A stretch of 64,000 bases of DNA from a virus: the IMG/VR virus record IMGVR_UViG_3300028454_000036; one strand, 5' to 3'. The notes below the pieces were generated by a model. That model was given only the letters and a program-made list of their open reading frames with translations. It searched no databases and had not been told where the DNA came from. Each line of letters begins with the position of its first letter. The stretch's first letter is position 1. Positions 17,855-25,866 of the stretch are shown one piece after another. The translations under genes and the position numbers were made by a program.

Positions 17855-18256
17855 ATGAAAAGAGTAGTAGCTAACGCTATAGATGAAGACCGCGAAGCTA
17901 AGCGGATCGCAATTCGCTCTGTATTAGAGAATATGAGCAACGAAGACCTAAGACAGTTCTTCAATTACATGTGCTATGAGTTCCTGGATGATACTATGAC
18001 GCAGGTATTTCCGATGACAGATTTTGATGGGCACATGGACATGGCAGAATATTCATATCTCGACGTAGCTCAGCTTGGTGCTGATTCTTCACATTTCAGC
18101 TCCGAAGATGCTTACTGCCGAATCATGGACGGAGAGCTCCTTAGCGCAGCAAATGTATCTGAATTAGTTGATATTGATCAGATAGCAAACACCATCATTG
18201 CGCATCCGGGCGAAGATTACGACGACGATGACATCAACGAAATTCTAGGCCACTAG
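17855..18256 (+). CDS. leader-family protein (MKRVVANA), acidic
   Basis: leader motif; paralog of 15510. Confidence 0.8.
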   Translation: MKRVVANAIDEDREAKRIAIRSVLENMSNEDLRQFFNYMCYEFLDDTMTQVFPMTDFDGHMDMAEYSYLDVAQLGADSSHFSSEDAYCRIMDGELLSAANVSELVDIDQIANTIIAHPGEDYDDDDINEILGH

Positions 18257-18265
18257 GAGGCACAT

Positions 18266-19288
18266 ATGAAACGAGTAATCAGCCAATCTGTCCTAGCACA
18301 AGGCTGCGAGGTATGCGACCTTACATACAAAGATGTCCTTCAGATGCTGAAACGCGCACTTGCACGTAATGATGCTGAAACAGTCCGGAAGTTACAGAGG
18401 TCTCAATACTACGACGACGCTGTAGAGACTATTCAGTATGCGATGCAAGGAAAGCGGATCCATGCTGCTACAATACTCGCAAGCGAAACAAGTGATGTAT
18501 TTGATGTAACCACTACAGGCGCATCTTATTATGACAACTTCCTGAATGAGAAAGACCTGAAGTACATGCAGGATGCTAAGAACATGACCGGCTCTATTGA
18601 GATGATCACACCTGCCGAGTATTACAAGACGTGCTCTGAGGACATATTCGACGGTAGATCTAGTGTAGATGACCTGAAGGAGCAGCGTGAGTATTCAAAA
18701 GATCCAGATACAGGTGAGCGTCTTGTAGACGAGTATGAAGCAGCTATGAAGCAGGGAGACAAGTTCCCATTGTGCTATCTCAACTATGCGAGCAGCAACC
18801 AGGAAGGTCTGCATCGCATGTATGCTGCCGGCGAAGCCTTTGGTTGGGACGTCAAATTTCCAGTGTTAGTTATTCGACCATATGATATGGACCGATATAA
18901 TAAACAACGTCAGAATGAGGCGATCAACGACTATCAACGGTATTCTCTTGAAAACGTTGTAAAGGATGCAGTAGATGAAGTATCTGATTGGGATGCACCT
19001 GTTCCAGATAACGTAGTTGAGATTGTGAAAGAAGCTGTCGAGAGATGCGCTGAGTCTTATGAGGATGATCCGCATACAATCGAAGTAGACGTCGAGCGTG
19101 AAGACGAGGATCACTTGAATGTATGCTTAACTAAGTTCGATGGAATTGACGTTGAGCTCTGTCGTCCGATATCGTTATGGCTAGATGACATGTATAAGAC
19201 TACAGAAGACACAGAAGGTCCTGACGACTTAGATGACATTGATGATAACCTCGATGACCTAGACATCAGCGACTTGTTGTTCTTATAG
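18266..19288 (+). CDS. leader-family protein with a ParB/Srx-like domain
   Basis: MKRVISQSVLA leader; IHAATILAS; QEGLHRMYAA..FPVLV. Confidence 0.7.
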   Translation: MKRVISQSVLAQGCEVCDLTYKDVLQMLKRALARNDAETVRKLQRSQYYDDAVETIQYAMQGKRIHAATILASETSDVFDVTTTGASYYDNFLNEKDLKYMQDAKNMTGSIEMITPAEYYKTCSEDIFDGRSSVDDLKEQREYSKDPDTGERLVDEYEAAMKQGDKFPLCYLNYASSNQEGLHRMYAAGEAFGWDVKFPVLVIRPYDMDRYNKQRQNEAINDYQRYSLENVVKDAVDEVSDWDAPVPDNVVEIVKEAVERCAESYEDDPHTIEVDVEREDEDHLNVCLTKFDGIDVELCRPISLWLDDMYKTTEDTEGPDDLDDIDDNLDDLDISDLLFL

Positions 19289-19296
19289 GAGGACAT

Positions 19297-19626
19297 ATGA
19301 AGCGAGTAATTAAGAGTGCAGAAAGCACAGGTGTTGATCTTTCATTTGTGTTCGACGGCAAGACATACTACTTACCTCGGTGGTGTGAGTTCTGGCCTGC
19401 AGATGAGGTAGAAAAGGCTAAGCAGTCTGCAATTGATGGAATGAAGGCGCGCCGCGCTAAATACAGCGATGATGATTCAGTAGTTCCTAGCGAAAATGAA
19501 GAAGACATTGTCCGCAAGTTGAAAGAAGCTGGATACACTCGGAGCGAGATAGATTCAATCATCTACGACATCTCACGAGGGATGACATTAGACGCAGCTA
19601 TGCAGAATATTAGGGAGGGCTTCTAG
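19297..19626 (+). CDS. leader-family protein (MKRVIKSA)
   Basis: leader motif, AGGAGG RBS. Confidence 0.8.
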   Translation: MKRVIKSAESTGVDLSFVFDGKTYYLPRWCEFWPADEVEKAKQSAIDGMKARRAKYSDDDSVVPSENEEDIVRKLKEAGYTRSEIDSIIYDISRGMTLDAAMQNIREGF

Positions 19627-19628
19627 CA

Positions 19629-19922
19629 ATGAAGAGAGTAATAAAAGCTTCACAGACAAAGATCGAGCCGAACGGAAAAATCCAAGTAGGTATGTGGTGG
19701 AGTGTTGACGGTCATCACATGGAGATAACATCTGTAGACGGGGATACTTGTACGCTAACAGAGGATTGGATTGCAGAAGATAGCGGAAAGGACTGTAGTG
19801 AGTCTGACACCTACGGAATAGGCAAAGACGAAGATGGCGTAGAGTATGCATATGCACTCGACTATCCAAAGTTCAAGCTGTATTCTACATCTGCTTTCAA
19901 TTATCCTTACGACTCTTTCTAA
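19629..19922 (+). CDS. leader-family protein (MKRVIKAS)
   Basis: leader motif. Confidence 0.8.
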   Translation: MKRVIKASQTKIEPNGKIQVGMWWSVDGHHMEITSVDGDTCTLTEDWIAEDSGKDCSESDTYGIGKDEDGVEYAYALDYPKFKLYSTSAFNYPYDSF

Positions 19923-19923
19923 A

Positions 19924-19931
19924 GATCGTTA
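19924..19931 (+). promoter_or_regulatory. GATCGTTA variant of the AATCGTTA motif
   Basis: intergenic, 27 nt before the ATG at 19958. Confidence 0.5.
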
Positions 19932-19957
19932 TGTAAGCATCACAGGAGGAAGATAGG

Positions 19958-20503
19958 ATGAAAACACTTGTTCTTAAACTTGATATCTTGCTTGAGATAG
20001 ACGAAGTTCCTGTAGCTGCTGCATCAATGGGGAGTGAACCCGAAAACGTACCTGAAGAAATGAATCAGCTCAATGCAGCTGTAGATAATTTGCTGAAAAG
20101 CATGGGCTTTTGTCTGATTGGTCAATACAGCGATAATCCGAGTACACGAAACGGAGGATGGGCATTCTATAATTCTTACATCATGGTAGACGGGGATAAT
20201 AAGATCAAGTTAATCGTGGCCATGCGGACTGCTGATCATGCATCTAAGCCGAATATAGCTAGAAAGAACATCAATCGTATGAAGGGTGAAGTAGATGTCG
20301 AATTACGCAACAAGCTTGCTAAAGAAAGATACAATCTTAATAAAGATGACGTAGAGCTGGTCGATGCCTACTACAAGAAGAATAAGTTGTCAGTAAAGTA
20401 TTACCTAGGTAAGGGTGATAAGTACGGAGAACCTGTCGATTCTTTAGATAAGTTTATCAGTTATCTGAAGGAACGAATTCTTCGCTTGATTAAGAAGCAT
20501 TAG
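19958..20503 (+). CDS. hypothetical protein (basic C-terminal half)
   Basis: AGGAGG RBS, 181 aa. Confidence 0.75.
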   Translation: MKTLVLKLDILLEIDEVPVAAASMGSEPENVPEEMNQLNAAVDNLLKSMGFCLIGQYSDNPSTRNGGWAFYNSYIMVDGDNKIKLIVAMRTADHASKPNIARKNINRMKGEVDVELRNKLAKERYNLNKDDVELVDAYYKKNKLSVKYYLGKGDKYGEPVDSLDKFISYLKERILRLIKKH

Positions 20504-20515
20504 TGAGGTTACCCT

Positions 20516-20791
20516 ATGAAAAGAATACTAACTACTTCAAAGCAACGTGCAGCACGTCTTATAGAAAGGTTTCCAAAAGAAGCAGTTGATCTTGTGAGAG
20601 AGTACAAGGATGAAATAGAAAACTTATCTGTTTATCACTTCGACGGGTATAGTTGGGTCAAAGAAAGCGGAGAAGATGAAATGGATTCAATTGAAGCTTG
20701 TTACGTCCGCGAGGGACAAGATGAAGGATTGCTAAATGGATACGAAGATCTAGAGATGATTTACGAGGCACTCTGTACATTGGAGGATTAA
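20516..20791 (+). CDS. leader-family protein (MKRILTTS)
   Basis: leader variant. Confidence 0.75.
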   Translation: MKRILTTSKQRAARLIERFPKEAVDLVREYKDEIENLSVYHFDGYSWVKESGEDEMDSIEACYVREGQDEGLLNGYEDLEMIYEALCTLED

Positions 20792-20792
20792 C

Positions 20793-21074
20793 ATGAAACG
20801 CATTATCAAAGCTAGCGAAGATCTGCTGAAACGTGAGTTTCAGCTAGGCGCAAGATACAAACTTTATCGCAAAGATGGGTCAGATGCAGTCCGCACCTTC
20901 CGAGTAATCAACTTGTCACAGAAGAATAAGGCGATTAAAGTCAAAGGTGGAATCAACGGCATATTCAAGATCAAGGATTCTAATAAAGGAGACGAGCAGA
21001 TACTGCTCCTAGGAATGGGAGATCGCAACTACCTTAGCCCATCTTCTAAGGACATTATTATAGAGGAGGGATAA
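20793..21074 (+). CDS. leader-family protein (MKRIIKAS)
   Basis: leader motif. Confidence 0.8.
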   Translation: MKRIIKASEDLLKREFQLGARYKLYRKDGSDAVRTFRVINLSQKNKAIKVKGGINGIFKIKDSNKGDEQILLLGMGDRNYLSPSSKDIIIEEG

Positions 21075-21075
21075 C

Positions 21076-21441
21076 ATGAAACGAGTAATCAATCGAGAAG
21101 CAGCTAAGAAAACTAAGCAAGTAAACAAGGAACTAGCTATTGACATGCTAAAGAGCCTTAGCGACAGTAAGCGAGCTGCTCTTAGCAAGGCATTGGATAG
21201 GACATCTGCTCTTACTAGCACTTACGCATTTCCGTTCGGAACATTACGCATCTACAAAGAGGGATGGTACTTGACGTGCGAAGGGACCCGGTCTGATTTC
21301 AGCGTGTGGTTTGCTGACAATGACGGTGAGCTAGTAGAGGGGCGGAAGCCAAGTGAAAGTAAACTTTCATTTCTCTACGAAGAGAGCTTAACTTTCAATG
21401 ATTTGGGAGAGGACTTCTGGCATTCTATCTCAGGCGAATAG
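21076..21441 (+). CDS. leader-family protein (MKRVINREAA)
   Basis: leader variant. Confidence 0.75.
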   Translation: MKRVINREAAKKTKQVNKELAIDMLKSLSDSKRAALSKALDRTSALTSTYAFPFGTLRIYKEGWYLTCEGTRSDFSVWFADNDGELVEGRKPSESKLSFLYEESLTFNDLGEDFWHSISGE

Positions 21442-21448
21442 TGATCCG

Positions 21449-21477
21449 TAGGCGAGACTTAGTTCTCGCCTATTTCT
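21449..21477 (+). terminator. intrinsic terminator ending the leader-gene array
   Basis: TAGGCGAGA/TCTCGCCTA stem followed by TTTCT. Confidence 0.75.
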
Positions 21478-21484
21478 ATGTACG

Positions 21485-21492
21485 AATCGTTA
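21485..21492 (+). promoter_or_regulatory. AATCGTTA motif
   Basis: after a terminator, 28 nt before the ATG at 21520. Confidence 0.65.
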
Positions 21493-21519
21493 AGTTGATA
21501 CAATAGGAGGGAAGTAAAG

Positions 21520-21978
21520 ATGACAACTATATTCACAACACAGTTACTTTCGGATTACTACTCAGGTAAGATGAGCAAGTACCGAATCGGTACAGATAAG
21601 ACTAGAGTCTATATTCTAGTTGGAACCGACTTAGTAGTTGTAGTTCCGAAGAAAGACTTCATCTTCGATGCACGGAAGCTGTTCAAAGGATGTGGAAGGA
21701 TTCCAGACACAGGAATCCAGACGTTGAAGGACTGGGCTAAGTCATCACACGAGTTGAGATATAGTCACAGCTATCATAGCTTCACGGACTCGAAGCACGG
21801 GGGCGTTGATATTTATGCTACACCAGAAGGTGTGTCTTTCAATGTTCTTAGATATTCTCTAATTACGTTGACAGCTCATCCTTATTCTGTTAAGGCAGCT
21901 GCACATCATGGTCCTATAGTAGTATTTGACAAAGACTCTGGATTAGCTGGGTTCATTGCCTATCCGGTCAGGTTATAA
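21520..21978 (+). CDS. hypothetical protein
   Basis: AGGAGG RBS. Confidence 0.75.
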   Translation: MTTIFTTQLLSDYYSGKMSKYRIGTDKTRVYILVGTDLVVVVPKKDFIFDARKLFKGCGRIPDTGIQTLKDWAKSSHELRYSHSYHSFTDSKHGGVDIYATPEGVSFNVLRYSLITLTAHPYSVKAAAHHGPIVVFDKDSGLAGFIAYPVRL

Positions 21979-21988
21979 GGAGAACAGT

Positions 21989-22381
21989 ATGCATAATACA
22001 ACGTACGCAGACACTACTGGCGATGTAAAGCTAGTCATTGACGGCGACAAGCTAGTCGTTAACATGTATGTCGGTGATTATGAGTGCAGTCTTGTGGTAC
22101 TCACTAAAAAGATATTTCAGAAGATGTTGAAGGAATGGGGCAGTACTGAAGTACTAAATGATGTTAGCACAGCTAACAGCACAGAGAGGAAGATGCCAGA
22201 AGGAGAATTCAACTTCATCTTAGATAAGGTCATGAATCGTCTATGTGATAACCCAGGCCCCTGCGAGATTTGTCGCAACAGGAACAACGGACACTGCAGC
22301 AGGCAGTATGGATTAGACGATATCATCTCAGAGATTAGATACCAAGGGGAGTGTTACTATCATGGAGGTCCGAAAGAATGA
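21989..22381 (+). CDS. hypothetical protein with a C-terminal Cys cluster
   Basis: ATG at 21989 after AAGGAG. Confidence 0.7.
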   Translation: MHNTTYADTTGDVKLVIDGDKLVVNMYVGDYECSLVVLTKKIFQKMLKEWGSTEVLNDVSTANSTERKMPEGEFNFILDKVMNRLCDNPGPCEICRNRNNGHCSRQYGLDDIISEIRYQGECYYHGGPKE

Positions 22382-22584
22382 TCTATAAACGAGTAGGCTC
22401 AGGGATATTTCCTGTAGTCGTAGATCTAGAAGAGCGCAAGCGACGTGCAGCAGAAGTGCTTCAGATGCACGCCAACGAAGGCCAGATGCCGGTGTTTCTT
22501 ACATGCCTTGAGGCTGAGGTGCTGGAGGAAGCACTCGACCTTTATCTTGCAAAGCACGCTGAAGGAGGACAAAATAATGGATGA
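22378..22584 (+). CDS. hypothetical protein
   Basis: ATGA overlap, GGAGG RBS. Confidence 0.65.
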   Translation: MIYKRVGSGIFPVVVDLEERKRRAAEVLQMHANEGQMPVFLTCLEAEVLEEALDLYLAKHAEGGQNNG

Positions 22585-22861
22585 TGCCCATTTACTAATC
22601 AACGGAATGAGATACTGCGAGGCACATAGAAGTTGGGGTGGGAGCTGCTCCGGCTGTCCGCTTGAAGATGAAATGTGCATCAGCCGCAGTGGTCAGTTGC
22701 GTTTCGTTGACGAGAAGCCGAAAAACGAACATGTTGCAGCAATCAACTTCGCTCACTTCGTAGACCAATTCAAGAACATGGTGAATCAAATCAATTCATG
22801 GGCTACGTCTGAGGGATTGATTCCACCAAATCTACCTACAGGAGGTTCAAACGTATCATGA
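22577..22861 (+). CDS. hypothetical Cys-containing protein
   Basis: ATG at 22577 after GGAGG; C..CSGCPL..C. Confidence 0.65.
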   Translation: MDDAHLLINGMRYCEAHRSWGGSCSGCPLEDEMCISRSGQLRFVDEKPKNEHVAAINFAHFVDQFKNMVNQINSWATSEGLIPPNLPTGGSNVS

Positions 22862-23238
22862 GTATGACAATGTTAGGCAGCAGACAACATAAGCAAGATG
22901 AACCATTCTACTTATATACAGTAGATAGAGACACATTCAGGATTCATGCGCGTAGAATTGATTACTATACACGAGTTGGCGCAGGTTCTTACATGTGGAA
23001 AGATAACAGCCGATGGAGATACATCTATGAGTTAAAGATAGATACTCTGTCAGGCAATACTATGTATTCACGTAATGGTGATGTAGCAGAGATGAGTAAG
23101 GTCATCTTGCAAGCATACATCGAAAGAGAACAAGCTGCATCTACTAAACTAGAGAAATGCAAGCGTGACCTCGCACGTCTGTATCAAGCTAATCCTTACT
23201 TAGCAAACAGCAGAGACGCAAGTGTTGAGTGGGACTAG
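22858..23238 (+). CDS. hypothetical protein
   Basis: ATGA overlap, GGAGG RBS. Confidence 0.7.
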   Translation: MSMTMLGSRQHKQDEPFYLYTVDRDTFRIHARRIDYYTRVGAGSYMWKDNSRWRYIYELKIDTLSGNTMYSRNGDVAEMSKVILQAYIEREQAASTKLEKCKRDLARLYQANPYLANSRDASVEWD

Positions 23239-23258
23239 ACGCACATAGGAGGAAGATA

Positions 23259-23577
23259 ATGAACAGCAAGAAAATCAGAATCAATTGCGGTCCTGCAGGA
23301 GGCGATGCATGCTCTCCTTACTACATCACATTCCCAGATGGCATGACTGCTAGAGAATTCATCATGGAGCAGCTAAGCGACGAAAGGGAATGGGGGATAC
23401 TTCACCATTAAGCCAGAAGAAGACGAAGGATGGGACTGGTTGACACTTGAATACCGATACGGAAAGGTAATCCACGAAAATCCGAAACCACTCCCTGAGG
23501 TTATCTTAGATAGACCTATCAAGAAAGCATCAGGTAGTGGCGGATGGAGTCGATCTGACTTCATTCTTGTTGTATAA
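23259..23577 (+). pseudogene. hypothetical gene frameshifted at a G5 tract (23392-23396)
   Basis: removing one G gives a continuous ORF ...EREWGYFTIKP...GGWSRSDFILVV*. Confidence 0.65.
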
Positions 23578-23598
23578 TAACTAGGAGGAAAACTAAGT

Positions 23599-23997
23599 AT
23601 GAAGTATTACTGTTTAGAAATAGCCATGCCCGACGACATGGATCCATCCAACGTGACTGTGAGCTATCCTATGGACGGAACGACAGTCACAGCATCACTT
23701 TCAGATCAAGCTATCGTAGACATAGCCGATGATTTAGGATTCTCAATGTCCATTGAAGAATTACCACAGGATGCTGTAGCTATTCTCAAATATGACCCTT
23801 ACATGGATTATGAGGACATGGAATCTATCCACCGATATGTTGAATCTGCGCTACAGAGAACAACGCTTGGATTTGTAGGAGACATAGATCTACTCATTGA
23901 AAACGCACCGGAAGCTATCGATATGTTAGAGAAGATGATCGCAAAGATCAAGATTAAACAGGGAACACCAAACACATCTAAAATAATTCTTTCATAA
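23599..23997 (+). CDS. hypothetical protein
   Basis: AGGAGG RBS. Confidence 0.75.
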   Translation: MKYYCLEIAMPDDMDPSNVTVSYPMDGTTVTASLSDQAIVDIADDLGFSMSIEELPQDAVAILKYDPYMDYEDMESIHRYVESALQRTTLGFVGDIDLLIENAPEAIDMLEKMIAKIKIKQGTPNTSKIILS

Positions 23998-24030
23998 TCA
24001 TCACAAATTTAACTGTTCCTTGTAAATTTC

Positions 24031-24040
24031 ACCTTTAATA
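24031..24040 (+). promoter_or_regulatory. ACCTT-TAA-TA motif
   Basis: intergenic copy of the late-type motif. Confidence 0.55.
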
Positions 24041-24099
24041 ACTATGTAGTGAAGTAGAAATCACTCAGATGCGTGTCAATACGCACAGGTACTTGAGAC

Positions 24100-24432
24100 A
24101 TGAAGAAAAAAGAGACCCTAAGCCTAACCGAATCATCTGACTTTCAATACTTACTAGAACTGATGATGCCCTTGAATGAAACGCCGGAATTCGCGTGGCT
24201 ACCTGAGCTATTTGCAGTAGTTGGACACGAGAGTTTGATCAAGTTGTGTAGAGTATGCGGCGGTGAGACAATCAAGATACCGACACTAAACCAGCTTTCC
24301 GCATCCATCGAAGCACTTGAGTGGTTCTACGTCATCTACATTACGAAGAAGAAAAGATTCAAGAGTGTTCCCGATGAATTGAAACCATTGGTATTGAAGA
24401 TCAAGGAGATCATTGATGCTGGAAACAATTAA
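24100..24432 (+). CDS. Mor/C-like transcription regulator
   Basis: ELFAVVGHESLIKLCRVCGGETIKIP resembles the Mor-family GGxxxYIP motif. Confidence 0.5.
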   Translation: MKKKETLSLTESSDFQYLLELMMPLNETPEFAWLPELFAVVGHESLIKLCRVCGGETIKIPTLNQLSASIEALEWFYVIYITKKKRFKSVPDELKPLVLKIKEIIDAGNN

Positions 24433-24610
24433 GGAGCTAATCAAAGAAGCAGAGAATCTAGACTTCGGTGAGTACTATCTAGATTACGTGTTATCTGTTC
24501 AAGAATCCGCATTAGACGCAGATGTTGAGGAGGCAAGACGTAAGCTAGTGAGTATCTCACAGATCAACGAGATGGAAAAGAATATCAACGGGATGATTGA
24601 TTCCCTTTAA
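24416..24610 (+). CDS. hypothetical protein
   Basis: AAGGAG RBS. Confidence 0.65.
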   Translation: MLETIKELIKEAENLDFGEYYLDYVLSVQESALDADVEEARRKLVSISQINEMEKNINGMIDSL

Positions 24611-24622
24611 GGAGCAAGCATC

Positions 24623-25066
24623 ATGTTCAATAGAGATGTAACCTATACAGCGATGGACATACAGAAAGCGTATAACAAGATGTATTCAGAATTCCGCAAC
24701 TACTTGTGGGATATGGATACAATCGTTATGTTAGGCGACATCGAGCTAGAAGCATACAACTTGTTCATCGACTTAGATAAGTTGAAGAGCTTACTAGAGA
24801 GAATGAAGTCACAGATCAGCGGGGCGAAAGCTAAACCTGATGATTTCGAGGATCTCTTAGAGAAGATAGAAGAGTTCATCGAAGTAGTTGACAAGATGAA
24901 TGAACAGGGCAATCAGTCGATTCCGATCTTTAACTTAGTCGCAGATCCAGACAAGGGACAGGAGGATACCGAAGATGAGAATAAAGAAGAAGAACGTGAC
25001 CGCGTCCGCAGAGTTACAAGAGACTCCGATGGAGGAGCTGAGAGTAACAGACCAGCAGAAGTATAG
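24623..25066 (+). CDS. hypothetical protein
   Basis: AAGGAG RBS, helical. Confidence 0.7.
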   Translation: MFNRDVTYTAMDIQKAYNKMYSEFRNYLWDMDTIVMLGDIELEAYNLFIDLDKLKSLLERMKSQISGAKAKPDDFEDLLEKIEEFIEVVDKMNEQGNQSIPIFNLVADPDKGQEDTEDENKEEERDRVRRVTRDSDGGAESNRPAEV

Positions 25067-25211
25067 TGCTATCATCGATAGCATCAAGGGTGTTATCGCA
25101 GCTCTCGCAGATATAGCTGGTGATGATCCAGTAGCAAGAGATTCACTTGCAAACCTGAGTGCTGTTGCACTTGAGCTACAAACTGCACAGGAAGGTACAC
25201 AGTTATGCTAA
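24975..25211 (+). CDS. leader-family protein (MRIKKKNVTAS)
   Basis: GGAGG RBS; basic leader followed by VTAS; overlaps the upstream gene. Confidence 0.7.
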   Translation: MRIKKKNVTASAELQETPMEELRVTDQQKYSAIIDSIKGVIAALADIAGDDPVARDSLANLSAVALELQTAQEGTQLC

Positions 25212-25504
25212 AGATCAAAGAAACAGAAGTAGAGAACTTTCTCGATATATTCGATACACATCTGAATGAGATTGAGGACAAGGAAGAAAGAGTAGAGCTG
25301 AAGCTGTTCCACAACGGAATAGTAGCACTTAAGATGGGTGATAAATTCAGCATCTCAGCTGACCTCGGTCTTGAAAGCACAAAGGATCCAGACGACCCTG
25401 CATTTGACCTGTACTGCCAGTTAGCTAACACATTCATGGATGGTGGAATCGGAGACACAGTAGATATGCTGGTGGGCTTGAATGCAGAAGCACACATGAG
25501 CTAA
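25205..25504 (+). CDS. hypothetical protein
   Basis: 99-aa ORF in the operon. Confidence 0.7.
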   Translation: MLKIKETEVENFLDIFDTHLNEIEDKEERVELKLFHNGIVALKMGDKFSISADLGLESTKDPDDPAFDLYCQLANTFMDGGIGDTVDMLVGLNAEAHMS

Positions 25505-25514
25505 TCAAAAACAT

Positions 25515-25754
25515 ATGATAACAGATAGTGATTATAGATTAACAAAACGACAATCTAGTAATTATCAGAAACTGCTCGGAACCATGAGAAGATTCACACA
25601 TGCAACAATAGAAGTAGTAAACCCGATAGTCACATGGACACGAATCAACAATTCCGTAGCGATTCGATTCAAAGACGGACATTGTTTGATCGTATCGCTA
25701 GATAACATCAAAGATTGTCACAAGAAGATGGAATCATTAGCCTGCAAACCATGA
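25515..25754 (+). CDS. hypothetical protein
   Basis: 79-aa ORF, weak RBS. Confidence 0.5.
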   Translation: MITDSDYRLTKRQSSNYQKLLGTMRRFTHATIEVVNPIVTWTRINNSVAIRFKDGHCLIVSLDNIKDCHKKMESLACKP

Positions 25755-25785
25755 TGGTTCTTCTTGCCATATGTATATACAACAC

Positions 25786-25832
25786 AATATATGAGGATAG
25801 AGAATTTCGGTTCCCTATCCTTATATATTTTT
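25786..25832 (+). terminator. long hairpin with TTCG loop and T run upstream of the tape measure gene
   Basis: AATATATGAGGATAGAGAA-TTTCGG-TTCCCTATCCTTATATATT. Confidence 0.6.
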
Positions 25833-25866
25833 GTAACGACAAACTGTGTCGAAAGGTAGAATAGAC

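Noticed and set aside
13536..21441. MKR... leaders as Sec or lipoprotein signal peptides
   Set aside because: No hydrophobic h-region or lipobox follows the basic residues.
25205..25754. Tail assembly chaperone pair with a programmed frameshift before the tape measure gene
   Set aside because: No clear slippery heptamer at the end of 25205..25504, and the two ORFs are separated by a stop and a spacer.
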